NCBI GenBank assembly: GCA_028534125.1
Contig: CM052818.1
Span: 2,668,001-2,732,000 of the forward strand
From: Lama glama
Taxonomy: Eukaryota
DNA: 64,000 nucleotides
Direction: 5' to 3'
The notes under the pieces are model-generated. The model did no database searches, was not told the origin of the DNA, and saw only the letters and a program-made list of their open reading frames with translations. This document shows, piece after piece, positions 52,250 through 64,000 of this stretch (the stretch's first letter is position 1; every line of letters starts with the position of its first letter). Both the position numbers and the translations under genes were made by a program.

Positions 52250-52900
52250 CCGCAGGGACGTGAGCCAGGCATGCCACTAGAGCCCCGTCCCTGTCCTTCT
52301 GCTAATTTTGCCGCGAGGTGGGGATGCCCTTTCTCTCCTTGTCCCCTCCACCGCAGTTGGGTGCCAGGCGGTCCTCCAGCCAGACGCTGGGCTTGCCGGC
52401 CACCTCCAGGGAAGCGGCCTCGTGCCGCCCCCTGCTGGCTGCACATTTACAGCGACGAGGGGGCTTCCACGAGACGTGATTTCCCTGCGCATGCGCCGTG
52501 GGCGGTGGGCGCCGGTCCTCACGGTTCCTCGTGACGCCCCATCCCCGTCCCGGGGGCCAGGGTAGCGGTGGGGGAGGGGGGAGTGTTTCGACGAGAGGCC
52601 AGGCCGAGCAGCTGGTCGCGTCTCAGTTCTCTGGTTTACCTACCTGCGCCCAGGGCCCTGGTCCCTACAAGGGGTGGGAAGGGGGCGGGACCGAGGGTCC
52701 CCTGGGGACCTGGGGCCCGGAGAGTGTGGCCAGGGCGAGGGGCGGCCTATATGCCCTCCTGAGGTGCGTCCTGAGTACCGAGGGTCCAAGGATGACGGAA
52801 ACACCCACTTTGAGGTAGTGAACAATGGCAGCCCCCACCCCAGGCCGCCCCGTGGGCCGACGTCACCGCCCTTCTCTTAGCGTCTTAGAGGCCATTTTGA
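52250..52900. promoter_or_regulatory. Small orphan CpG island with promoter/insulator motifs
   Basis: CTCF-like CCAGCAGGGGGCGGC (- strand, about 52424-52438), NRF1-like TGCGCATGCGC (52486-52496), GC boxes, YY1-like GCCATTTT (52891). Confidence 0.65.
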
Positions 52901-53989
52901 GTGTCTCGTGGGGGAGACAGACATAGGAGCAGATGACACAGGATGACGCACAGGAGGTGCCAGGAGGGTCAGGGGTCACCAAGAGGTTGCACCCGAGCAA
53001 GGCTTGGTAGGCTCTATAGGAGCCCACCAGGTGGACCTTTCCTATGCAGAACGGCCCCCAGGAAGAGGGATGGTGGGGAGACGTTCCGATGTGTGCATCT
53101 TGTCTTTTCTGTTCCCAGTGGTGGCGCCTGTCTCTTTCCTGAGCTTCTTGTCTTATATCTTGGCACACTGGGGGAGATTAGGTCCTTCAACACTACGCGG
53201 TGACAGTTCCTTACTGTGTTTGCCAAGTTAAGAGGACAATTGTTACCTCTAACTGAAGAGAGAAAACATGACTACAGGAACACCAAATGCATCAGGGAAA
53301 GGTGAGTCCCCCTAAAGATCAAGAGGACAGACCTTTCCCAGACCCTTATCCTGTCCAGTGGGAAGGACTTCCCTGTTCTCCTGGAGAACAATCACAGAGG
53401 GGAGTTGGTTAGAGGCTGCCGCTTTCATCCCTAGATCTGTCCACCTTGAACTATGGGTTTCTGCGGCTCAGTTTTGTCATATGTACAAAATTGGAGGCAA
53501 TGGCCCTTGGCCATTAATTCATCTGATCGTGGGATCTGGGTGCTCCTGGGATGTGGTAGACCCCTGACCAGGACAGTGGCTACCAGGGGACGTTGATATG
53601 GACAGATGTGTGGCTTGTGTAAGTGGAAATTATCTAAACTGGGCCTGGAGGATGCCACTGGGAATTTGTGTTGTTTTGGGCACTGGGCCCATTTCAACAT
53701 AAAATGGGATGCTGTATTCCTCAAGGCAGGGGGCATGACAGATATGCAGGTAACTAACTTGTGGTAGAAACTGAACAGGACCTTAAAGCAGTTGCCCCAA
53801 AGGCAGCAGAGAGTTCAGAGAAGAGAAGCAATCTTCTTGTGGTGTTCAGAGAAGACTTCATGAAGTACGTTGTGTTTTTGATGGTTTGTGAAAAATGGGG
53901 AGGGTTTCCACACGCTGAGATGACACGGACAGTGTCGTACTCATTAAGACATTAGTTACTAGGGAAAGGTCCTTGGGACCTGAAGATAA

Positions 53990-55007
53990 AATGCTGTGGG
54001 TGTGTTTGAGAGATTTATTAACTAAAAAAAAATCATGTTTAAAAATCCCAGAAGGAAACTGTGAAGGATAAATAAATAGGAAATTTGAAATAAAAGTTAA
54101 GAGTTATGGCAGGAGACATACAAATGCCAGGATCCAGATAACAGAAGTCATGGAAAGAGAGAAAATTAAATGTGTAGAAGAGGAAATCTTTTAAAAAAAA
54201 TAACAGAAGTAAGTTTCTTGAAATGTTAAAAAGATGAACAACCTCCAGTTGAAAGGGTGTACAGAGTATCAGACAGGAGAGAGAAGAAAAAACTCACTTT
54301 TAGGCACATATGATAAAACTGAAGAATATTAAAGACATAGAGAACATTCTAAAAGCTTCCACAGAGTAAGAGCAGATGATATCAAACACAAGTCAGGTTA
54401 ACATTAGATTTCTCAGGTGGGGAGAGTGCAGCTCAGTGGTAGAGTGTGTGCTTAGCATGCATGAGGTCCTGGGTTTAATTCCCAGTACCTCCATTAAAAA
54501 AATTTAAAAAGAAATAAACCTACTTACTTCTCCTCACCGAAAAAGAAAGAACGAAAGAAAAAAACCCCCAGATTTCTCAATAGTAACACCTAATACAGAC
54601 AACAATTAAGCAGTATTTCTAAAATACTGAGGGGAAAGAATTTTGAAATTAAAATTTTAAATCTAGGCAGATTGTCATTCAAATATCAGGGCATAATAAA
54701 CATTTTTTTTCCTCAATATATACTGTAGAATGAGCTACACTGAAAGCACTGTTGGGGAAAGAACTTAAAAAAGAGGAGAAACAAACTTGGCTATACGTTG
54801 TTTAAAAAGGTACATCTAAAGCATAAAGACATAGACAAGCTAATAGTAAAGAGATGGAAAAAGATTTATCAGGCAAATAATAAATGTTAATATCACAGAC
54901 GTTAAGGACAGGGACTCTAAGGACTGTAAGATAAACCTCATTAGGGATGAAGAGGGACACTGATAATGACAAAACATTCACCAAGAAGATGTGACAGTTC
55001 TAAACAT
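53990..55007 (+). mobile_element. Ancient L1 ORF1/ORF2-endonuclease remnant
   Basis: Very A-rich. Its 3' end gatgaagagggacac..ataatgacaaaa..attcaccaagaagatgtgacagttctaaacatg resembles the L1 endonuclease motif DKEGHYIM.KGSI.QE..TILN. Confidence 0.65.
54416..54569 (+). mobile_element. vic-1-like SINE
   Basis: ggggagagtgcagctcagtggtagagtgtgtgcttagcatgcatgaggtcctgggtttaattcccagtacctcca plus A-rich tail. TSD agatttctca at 54406-54415 and 54570-54579. Confidence 0.9.
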
Positions 55008-55155
55008 GGGAGCTGGGGAGAAGTCAAGGAGCTGAGTTGGGATGAGGTTGTGGGGAATCCACACAGAGCCCCACAGAGTCCCTGCCCAGACCTCAGTCCA
55101 AATCAGACCCTCAGAGCCTCCGACTCCAGCCCCATAGAGCTTTGCTCTGTCCAGG
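55008..55155 (-). repeat. Arm B of the 148-bp inverted duplication
   Basis: See arm A at 51668-51815. Confidence 0.9.
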
Positions 55156-58100
55156 TGATGCTCAGGTTTCTGGCTTAGGTGACCAGACATGGGGTCAGGG
55201 GCAGACTGAGTGGCCGAGGAGGGGCTGGGAACCGTGGTAGACAGATGTGGATGTTGGGCTCAGGTTTTGCTGCCTTTGAAGGGTCTGTGTGATAAGCAAG
55301 GGATGTCTCATGAGTTCTGACCTAGCGAGGGAGGGCGTAGGGGTGGGATTACTTGTATTACTAGCCACATTTATTGAGGGGATCTGGAACCCCTAGAAGG
55401 CCAGGATTCCATCGTATCTGTCATCCGGTCCTACAGAAGTCCAAGGAGGACCCGATTCAAGCACGTAGTAAAAGCATTAATCAGAGGGACTGTCCTGTGC
55501 TCAGCCAAAGGTAATACTGCCATCTATGGGTCAGTGGAGGGGAGAGCATGGGTGTAACTAATAACATAAGGGGAGCGGCAGTGGCAGGACCCTCAGGAAC
55601 CCAACTCCAGGTTCTTCCTGTTGACAAACGGGAAGTGAGCTCTGCAGTGATGTGATGGTTGTTTAATTACCAGAGGCTTGAAAAGCAACACAAGAGATGG
55701 ATGGACCGATATGTGAGCCTGAGCTTGAATTAGGAAGGGGGAAAGGTTAAGTTTCTGGATGTCTGTGTCCTACAAAAGCAGAGCTAAAGGCTTCCTTTCT
55801 AGAATGTGACTCCCCCCCCCCACAAAAAAGTGATGAGGATGGGGTACATAGTTGTGTTGGGAGAGACAGTGGATCACATCTTGGGGACCAGTTTAGTGCT
55901 GAACTTTCTCAAAAACAGCCTGGAAAGTCAAGTATGCGTCTCAGTTACTTAATAATACCCAACCCTTGCTCACCAAGTGCCAGACATTCTCCTAGGCATT
56001 TCAGAACACGTATTAACTCATTAACTCTCACAACAATCCTGTGAGGTAGATGCTATCTTAGCTCCCATTTTATATATAAGGGAATTGAGGCTCAGGGAGG
56101 TTGAGTAACTTGCCCAAAGACACACAGCAGGGGGAAACCAAGACAGTAGCACCAGCACTGTCCAGCGTCTCTGACCAACAACTGCTGTACATCCTTCTAA
56201 AATGCATCACATATTCCCTAGCTTTCAAAGTGGAGCATGAGGAGCATAAAGTAAGCATTTATTGGTGGTTTTGATTGAAGTGTTCATCAGCCCTGACAGC
56301 ACAGACACAGCGCTGGGTTCAGGGGCTGCTGAGAAGTGGCTCCCAACTGCCAGGACACTTGGGGTTCTTGAGTCTACTTTTTGTAAACTTTATCCCATGG
56401 AGGGATGGAAAGTCATGGAGGTGTTTTAAGCAGGGTAATGACATGGTCTGATTTAGGTTTTAGAAATGGATTTAGGTCTTCTCCAAGGGTGATGGATGTG
56501 GGAGCTCAGCGATGACTGTGGACCCAGAGCCCCTCCCTACAGGTGTGGCCTCCTGGCATGGCTTCTGGGGACTGGTTCGGGGAGGAGGGGGGACTGTGAG
56601 TGAGGCGAAGAGGGGCATGAAGGACCCAGTGAGTTGTGGTCAGATACTTTCTCTCTCATTCTCTGTTCTCTGCCCCCAGTGCCTCCCAAGGTGACTGTCC
56701 TGCTGGAATGCTCTCGAAGACAGTGTCCCCTGTCTGCCCTTGCTTCTGGCCTTTGCCTTTGCTCTGTCTTGTTTCACTGGAAGAAGGACTAGGCGCTCGG
56801 TGAGTGGGGCTGGGGGACTCTGGTGACATTCTGCTCAGGGAGATGCAACCTTTTGTCTGTGCATTGCCCTGGTGCTGCTGACTGGGGGTGTAGGGCCGGG
56901 CTGTGCCCACCTGATGGGGCAGAGCCAGCTGGCAGTAGCTTCTGGGTACCCCAGTGAGTGCCTTACCTCCTAGTGCTGTGGGCACCGCTACCCCAGCCCT
57001 TTCAGAGAGCGCAGAGCCCCAGGCAATTAATCCTGTGGGTTTCTCCAGTCTTGGGATGGGAATAGGATGGGGGGCTCCTTGGAGCAGTCCAGTCCAGGGC
57101 ACAGGGGACCAGGAGGGGACCACACTCAGGAGGGGGAGTCTGGCAGGCACTGCTTCTCCCCCCTTCCTTCTTCAAAGTGCTCCCCACGGGGTGCCCACTG
57201 GACACTGCTTTTCCTTCTTGGCCCTTCTCTGCTTTGGCAGTTGTCTGTCCCCGGGCAGCTCTAGGCAAGTCCTCTGGGGGAAGATCTCGGCCTTAAGCAT
57301 CTTAGCAGCTGCCATTCTCGTGCTAGATTCAGCTGGGGTGTGGAAAACGGAAGGAGAGAGAGTGAGAGAGGGGAGAAGGTGAGAAGGGGGATGTTGCTGA
57401 CCTCAAGAAGGATCCAGCAGCAGCTGAGGGTAGATTTGGAGAAAAGGATCTTTCGTAGGTTTTCTTAAGAGGTCAGTCCTTCTCCTGTCCAGAGTGCAGA
57501 GCCCTAGTTGGTGGGGGCGGGTGGGGTGGGAGCCATCTGACCCGAGCTCTGTCCTCAAGTCCTTGTGGTCTCCCGGGGGACGGATGCTCCCTTCACCTGG
57601 ACCTGTCCTGCCGACTGCATGGTCACAGCAGCACTCTGCTGGCCCTGGCCTGAGATGATCCATAGTCCTTTCTGGTTTTTCAATTTTTTTAATTAAAAAT
57701 TCTTTTGTATTTTTACATTTAAAATTTTTTTTATTGAAGTATAGTTGATTTACAGTGTTGTGTTAGTTTCTGATGTACAGCATAGTGATTCACCTATACA
57801 TATACAGATTCTTTTTCATATTCTTTTCCCTTGTAGGTTATTACCAGCTATTGAATATAGTTCCCTGTTGTCTACAGTAGGACCGTGTTGTTTATCTATT
57901 GTATATATAGTAATTTGTATCTGCTAGTCATCTTCTTTCTTCTTCTTCTTTTTTTTCATTTTGTTGTGTGCAGCATGAATCTGAAACAAGCAAGGCCTTC
58001 AAGAGCGAGGAGAAGGTGTCCTGATTTGGCAGAAAGATTTGAGTCACCGGCTTGGTGAGATCCTTCAGAGAAATTTCACACCCTTGGGGGTTTCAGCATG

Positions 58101-58610
58101 AACCCTTTCACCCACTTCCTGTCCTTAATCTCCACTCTGCTAGACCCTCCCAGTGGTGAGTGTGAAAATGCACCTGTCAGATCTTCAACTCCAGGGAGTG
58201 TAATTGACAGAGGTCCTCAGGTGCTGCGCTCTGACATCTGTCACCTCCTTGGAGCTGAGACCGCGCTTCCCAGAGCGGCTCCCGGCCAAAGGCAGAGCTC
58301 AGTGGGGACGCTAAGTTAGGATCCCAGGAGGATGCCTGGGAGATGTGAGACCACTTTGATGGGGTACTGGCTCCAGTACTCCCCGTTGGCCTTACCAAAC
58401 ACTCGCTGGATGACCAGTCACTTGGGATGGTTCCACCCAACCTCCCTTCCTCTTCACTGGGGTCAGTTGCATCTCCGTCATACGGCTCCCCAGCCACTTC
58501 CAGCTCCCTCCAGATTTCTGAGCACAGTTTGATTCTGTCTTGATGCTTGCTTCTGGGAAGACTTAAACTAAACCACCAACCTTGCTCAAGAATGGGAACC
58601 CCCTTACAAG

Positions 58611-58712
58611 TTTTTTTTATTTAATTTTTTAAAAATGGAGGTACTGGGGATTGAACCTAGGACCTTGTGCATGCTAAGCAAGCACTCTACCACTAAGCTA
58701 TACCCTCCCCTC
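58611..58712 (-). mobile_element. vic-1-like SINE
   Basis: tggaggtactggggattgaacctaggacc..gcatgctaagc..ctctaccactaagctataccctcccc, with flanking tgggaacccc repeats at 58593 and 58713. Confidence 0.85.
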
Positions 58713-60069
58713 TGGGAACCCCTTTTGAACTCTTCCTATCTGGGATGCTAATCCAGACCCCCACCTTCACTGAGCTGCTGGCAGTGAGGGGTGACAGGGA
58801 GCAGGGGAGGCATTGAGGTGCTCGGTACCCTGGAGCAGAGGCCTGCCCTCTCCAGCCTCCTTCACCAGGACCTCCGAGGCCAGGAGATCTCTGTTCAGTG
58901 GGGCAGCTAATCTGTCATGGCTGTGGCCCTGGACAGCCTCAGCAGTGCATGGAGGGCAGGGATGTCTGTCTGCTTGCAGTGTCCGCCTCCCTCTCTTTCA
59001 CTGCTCTATGGCATCATTCTCCCAAACTGCCTCATTTTGGGTGCTAGGTAAATAAGAGACAGGGAAGAGCTGCCAGCGGCGTCTGTATCCCTCACCCACC
59101 CATTCCCTCTCCACTGTCAGCTTCCCTTTTGGTGGCCTCACAGGAAAGATAGGGCTCATGTAGTCTCAAATTTTAGGAATGCAGACAACTGCGAAGGACA
59201 AGAATTCTCCCACAAGAATAAAGCCAAGACAGGTGGCCCCAGAAACTTCTGTAGCTTCCTTTATTTACTTATTTTAAATTTTAACATATTTATTGAATGT
59301 TTATTGGGATAGACACTGTCACTCATTTTGATCCAGCTTTATAAGTCCGGGAGGGAGGTACTACTGATTACTCACTCCGCTGGGCTGAGCTGACTTGCTC
59401 TGAGGTCATCAAGCTGGGAAATAGTGGAGCCAAGATCTGAACGAAAATTGTCTGACTTCACAGCTGCTCATTCACTTAACACGTTCTGAGCACTTGGGAT
59501 GTAACAGAGAGCAAAACAGGTGAAAATGCCTGACCTCATGGGGCTTATAGTCCATGGATTGTTCTGCTTCACCAACTGTCTTTGCCAGGAAGATGGAAGA
59601 CTCAGCTAGGTTAGAACCCTTGCTCTGTCACATGTTGTCTTTGATCCTGGGCAAACCACTGTGGCTTTTCCCCCCAGCTTCCTCTTGTTCAAGGAGGCAA
59701 AGCCGGTCTAGCCAAGAGAGGTTGTCCTGGATAGGGTGAGGCCATGCAATAATGTGTGATACGTTCTAGATGCAAAACAGGACATGCCCTAAACAGTACA
59801 TAGGACTGGAAGGAGACGTTTGTGACACAGCACACCTGGGGCACAGGGCTGGGAGTGGAGGTGAGGCTCGTGTCAGACTGTCATGTTGTGGGAGGCGTGG
59901 TGAGGGCCTCAGTCACACCAGGGCCTGGCCACACGGAATACTGACTGCCTGGTGGTGGCCTGGCTGGCATGTCCCCACAGACGCTGGTGTCATCTCTTTC
60001 ACTTCTCCCCAAGGCTTCCTCTGCTGTCCTGACAGGCATCCTGGAAGGATCTTCACCTTCTAGCTTGGC

Positions 60070-61000
60070 TAAGATGTGTTTAAAACCCTTGGTGATACTC
60101 ACCATGTTAATTTGAGCTCTGATGTACCTTGGTCTAGCTTTCTTCATGTTTCTTGTGTTTGGAGTTTGTTGAACTTCTTGGATCTGTGGGCTATAGTTTT
60201 CTTTAAGTTTGGAAAAGTTTCAGCTATTTTTCTTAAAAAAATTTCTGTGCCCCCTCTTCTCAGGAAATCTAGTTGGTTGCTTAAAGTCATCTAACAGCTA
60301 CTGATACTTTTTACATTTCTTAAATTCTTTTTTCTCTCTTTTGGGATAGTCTCTATTGCTATGCTTTCAAGTTTACCAGTCTTTTCTCCTGCAATGTCTA
60401 ATCTGTTGTTAATCCCCTCCCATGGTTTTCTATTTTGTTTTGTTTTTTTTTTGTTTGTTTACTTTGTTTTTTCAATCTTAGACATTAGAATCTTCAACTC
60501 TAGAAGTTTGATTTGGGTCTTTTTTTATTTTTAACTTCCATGTCTCTACTTTCCTTTTTAATTTAATTTAATTTAATTTCTTTTGTTTTAACATTTTTTA
60601 TTGAGTTATAGTCATTTACAATGTTGTGTCAAATTCCAGTGTAGAGCACAATTTTTCAATTATAGATGAACATACATATATTCATTGTCACTTTTTTTTT
60701 CACTGTGAACTGCCACAAGATCTTGTATATATTTCCCTGTGCTATACAGTATAATCTTGTTTATCTATTCTATGTACGCCTGTCAGTATCTACAAATTTT
60801 GAACTCCCAGTCTATCCCTTCCCACCCGCCCTCCCCCTTGGCAACCACAAGTTTGTATTCTGTGTCTATGAGTCTGTTTCTGTTTTGTATTTATATATAT
60901 ATATTTTTAGATTCCACATATGAGCGATCTCATGTGGTATTTTTCTTTCTCTTTCTGGCTTACTTCACTTAGAATGACATTCTCCAGGAGCATCCAGGTT
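60070..61000 (-). mobile_element. Old L1 fragment followed by a younger L1 3' end that runs into the gap
   Basis: T-rich L1 antisense text. At 60907-61000 the minus strand translates TWMLLENVILSEVSQKEKEKYHMRSLICGI, the L1 ORF2 C-terminus. Confidence 0.8.
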
Positions 61001-61500
61001 NNNNNNNNNNNNNNNNNNNNNNNNNNNNNNNNNNNNNNNNNNNNNNNNNNNNNNNNNNNNNNNNNNNNNNNNNNNNNNNNNNNNNNNNNNNNNNNNNNNN
61101 NNNNNNNNNNNNNNNNNNNNNNNNNNNNNNNNNNNNNNNNNNNNNNNNNNNNNNNNNNNNNNNNNNNNNNNNNNNNNNNNNNNNNNNNNNNNNNNNNNNN
61201 NNNNNNNNNNNNNNNNNNNNNNNNNNNNNNNNNNNNNNNNNNNNNNNNNNNNNNNNNNNNNNNNNNNNNNNNNNNNNNNNNNNNNNNNNNNNNNNNNNNN
61301 NNNNNNNNNNNNNNNNNNNNNNNNNNNNNNNNNNNNNNNNNNNNNNNNNNNNNNNNNNNNNNNNNNNNNNNNNNNNNNNNNNNNNNNNNNNNNNNNNNNN
61401 NNNNNNNNNNNNNNNNNNNNNNNNNNNNNNNNNNNNNNNNNNNNNNNNNNNNNNNNNNNNNNNNNNNNNNNNNNNNNNNNNNNNNNNNNNNNNNNNNNNN
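61001..61500. other. Assembly gap (500 N), probably hiding the CD207 promoter, exon 1 and the start of exon 2
   Basis: Run of N immediately before the transmembrane-coding sequence. Confidence 0.9.
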
Positions 61501-61566
61501 TCGGCGCTGCGGTCGTCTTCCTGACGCTGGTCCTGCTCGCCTCGGTCCTGCTGCAGGCCATTCTCT
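61501..61566 (+). CDS. CD207: Langerin exon 2, 3' part (transmembrane signal-anchor)
   Basis: From 61503: GAAVVFLTLVLLASVLLQAIL then T|GTAAGT (phase 1). Compare recalled human RAALICLTLVLVASVLLQAVLY. Confidence 0.9.
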
Positions 61567-62977
61567 GTAAGTCCTCGGCTTTGATCCGGGCTCAGCCCTT
61601 CTCCACGGCTGGTCCGTTCCCTCGACATCCAGACCCTCTCTCTCCTGCTCTCTAGTGGTCCCTCCCGCCTGTGGCCTTTTCAGCGTTTCCCCTCTTTCCA
61701 CGTGCAGTCACAGAGTCCTCCATCCCCAGTAAGATCAGCTGCTGCTCCTTTCTTTCCAGTTCCAGGGAGAGGGTCCTGACTGGGAGCAGCATGCTTGTGC
61801 TCAAGGGTACGGCTCTTTTGTCCTCAGGGAACCTGCGCCCATCTTCATCCTCTGTCATTTTCTCCTTCCTTTCTGAGCACTGGGTCCCTTCGATACAGAG
61901 CCTCGTGGGCAGCTCCCACCAGTGAGCAGGATGTTTCCTGACCCTGCAGGGGATGGGCTCCCAATTGTATCCTCAGCCCCTGCTACGAGATGGAGAACCT
62001 GACCAGCAAACCAACAGATCTCCACAGTTCACGCCCCTCGCCCCTCACCAGGACCCCTTCATCCTCCTTTCATCCTCCGGTTCCCACAGAGATTATGTCA
62101 AGGGAGATTTCTCACTTCTTCACTGGACATGTGACTCATCTTTCATCCTCTTCTGGCTTTGCCAAGCCTCATGGCCTCTGCTGCTGGTAGAAGCTTCTTT
62201 CTCTCATTAGGTCTCCAGAAAGCAGAGAGAAGGAAGGTCTGTCTTCTCCCTTCAAGGCCTCAGGGTATCTCCAGTCTCGGACTGGGAGGCTCTGAGCAGA
62301 GTCTCCTCTGCTTTGAGCCCATTTGGTTTCTTTTGGTTTCCTCTACGGCACCTGAGCCTGTGGCCTGAGCAGAGTGTGACAGGGGTGGGACAAGGGAAGG
62401 GGAGAAATGGATTCAGAACTCTCCCTTTTCATATTCTTTCTTTGGAGAAGCCACTTCCAGATTAGAAGTCTGCATGACTGGTCCCTCCCATGGCCGTGAA
62501 GGGACTATGGGCAGTCATGGGAGAGGTGGTGCTGCCCTAGCTGGGGGCCCCCTGCAGGTGCCTCTGTAAAGAGAGGGCTGGGAATCAAGTGATGGGGCCT
62601 GGAGGGATGTGTGAAGGGTGAAAGGGGGTGATGGAAGGCAGCCCTTTACCAAATGTTCCCCGAATGTTCCAAGAAATTTGGGACCTGGTTCCAGTCCCCA
62701 CTTCTGCTGGGCTGTGAGGTCCTCTAACAGAGAGCCTGTGTTTTATCAATCTTTGCATCATCTGCATCTACCAGAGCTCCTGGCACATGGAAGATGCCCA
62801 CGGCACATGTGTTGAATGAGTACATTATAAATGAGTGAAGGGCAGGCCACTGCTCCTTGGGTTGGATCCTTGGGAAAACTTGAGCACATCCTTTCCATTC
62901 CTTTTACCACCCTGGCAACACCTCCTTTCAGCCCCTGGGGTTCCCCTTGGCTGACCTCTTGACCTTCTCAAATCCAG

Positions 62978-63352
62978 ATCCCTGGTTTCTCGGCACAATA
63001 TCAGCTGTCAAGACCAACGCCCAGGTGCTGGAAGGCCGTGTGGACAACATCAGCGCCCTGAGTTCTGAAGTTAAGAGGAACAGAGGCGGCATGGAAGCAG
63101 CTGGCGTGCAGGTCCAGATGGTGAACGCCAGCCTGGATCACGTGCGTTCTCAGATCCGAAGGCTGGAAACCGGTGTGAAGGAAGCCAATGCACGGATCCA
63201 GACACTAACAAGTAGTTGGGAAGCAGTTGATAAGTTAAATGCCCAAATCCCAGGGTTACAAAGAGATCTGGACAAAGCCAGCGCTTTAAATGCAAAGGTC
63301 CAGGGGCTCCAGAGCAGTTTGGAGAACATCAGCAAGTTGCTCAAACAGCAAA
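62978..63352 (+). CDS. CD207: Langerin exon 3 (coiled-coil neck); lectin-domain exons lie beyond the window
   Basis: Acceptor tccag|AT. (Y)PWFLGTISAVKTNAQVLEGRVDNISALSSEVKRNRGGMEAAGVQVQMVNASL...LENISKLLKQQ. Donor A|GTAAGT at 63353; 375 nt; sequons NIS, NAS and NIS present. Confidence 0.96.
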
Positions 63353-64000
63353 GTAAGTGACCTGGGAAAGAACGTTGCAAGCTGACCTGTGGCCTGTAGG
63401 ACCTTGCCAATTTCAGGCACGAGGCCACGGGGCTGGGGTGTGGAGGGAAGAGAGAGGGGAGCTGGGCAGGCACGGCTCCAGTTAAGAAGAGAGGGCTCAG
63501 CATGAGATGGGCTTAGGGGCTGCTCAGGAGGGAAGGGACCAGGGACCAGCCTCGGCGCCCACACCAAGGCATGGAATATGATGGCATTACCGAGTCCTTC
63601 TGCTCCGACCCACACCTAGCCATTTTCCATTAGTTCCTTACCTAGAGCCCTGGGGCTCAGCCACTTGTGACGGCCCATGGAGATTTACTCATCCCTCGTG
63701 GAGAGATTGAGCCTTTTTTTTTTTATATTGAAGTATAGTCAGTTTACAATGTGTCAATTTCTGGTGTACAGCACAATACTTCATATAGGAACATACATAT
63801 ATTCGTTTTCATATTTTTTCACTATAAATTACTGCAAGGTATTGAATATAGTTCCCTGTGCTGTACAGTATAAAGTTGTCATTTATCTATTATATATATA
63901 GTAGTTAATATCTGCAAATCTCAAACTCCCAATTTATCCCTTCCCACCCCCATTCCCCCTGGTAACCATCAGTTTGTTTTCTATGTGTATGAATCTCTTT

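Noticed and set aside
54416..54493. tRNA-Ala-like sequences as tRNA genes
   Set aside because: Degenerate stems, A-rich tails, TSDs and five dispersed copies indicate SINEs.
1..64000. CRISPR arrays, rRNA genes, prokaryotic systems
   Set aside because: The sequence is clearly mammalian; no regularly spaced repeat-spacer structure or rRNA similarity was seen.

Overview
Mammalian genomic window, probably from a camelid, judged by five tRNA-Ala-derived vic-1-like SINEs. It is syntenic with the human ATP6V1B1-VAX2-CD207 interval. Minus strand: coding exon 1 of ATP6V1B1 (5435-5552; the rest of the gene runs off the left edge) and the complete 3-exon VAX2 homeobox gene (30308-30545, 11778-11965, 7767-8210; 289 aa). 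Plus strand: CD207/langerin exon 2 (partial, after an assembly gap) and exon 3. The remainder is several CpG islands, many L1/L2/MIR/LTR remnants, microsatellites and two 500-N gaps. Most notable unexplained signals: (1) a decayed, apparently two-exon death-fold adaptor gene remnant (DED/CARD-like plus death domain, FADD/CRADD-like) about 3.5-4.5 kb upstream of VAX2; (2) a gapless 148-bp inverted duplication flanking an orphan promoter-like CpG island with NRF1, YY1 and CTCF motifs; (3) two non-conservative VAX2 substitutions (homeodomain R36C, and E>K next to the PKA site); (4) nested and possibly transduced retroelements. All homology calls come from recalled protein and repeat sequences compared by eye; no searches were run.
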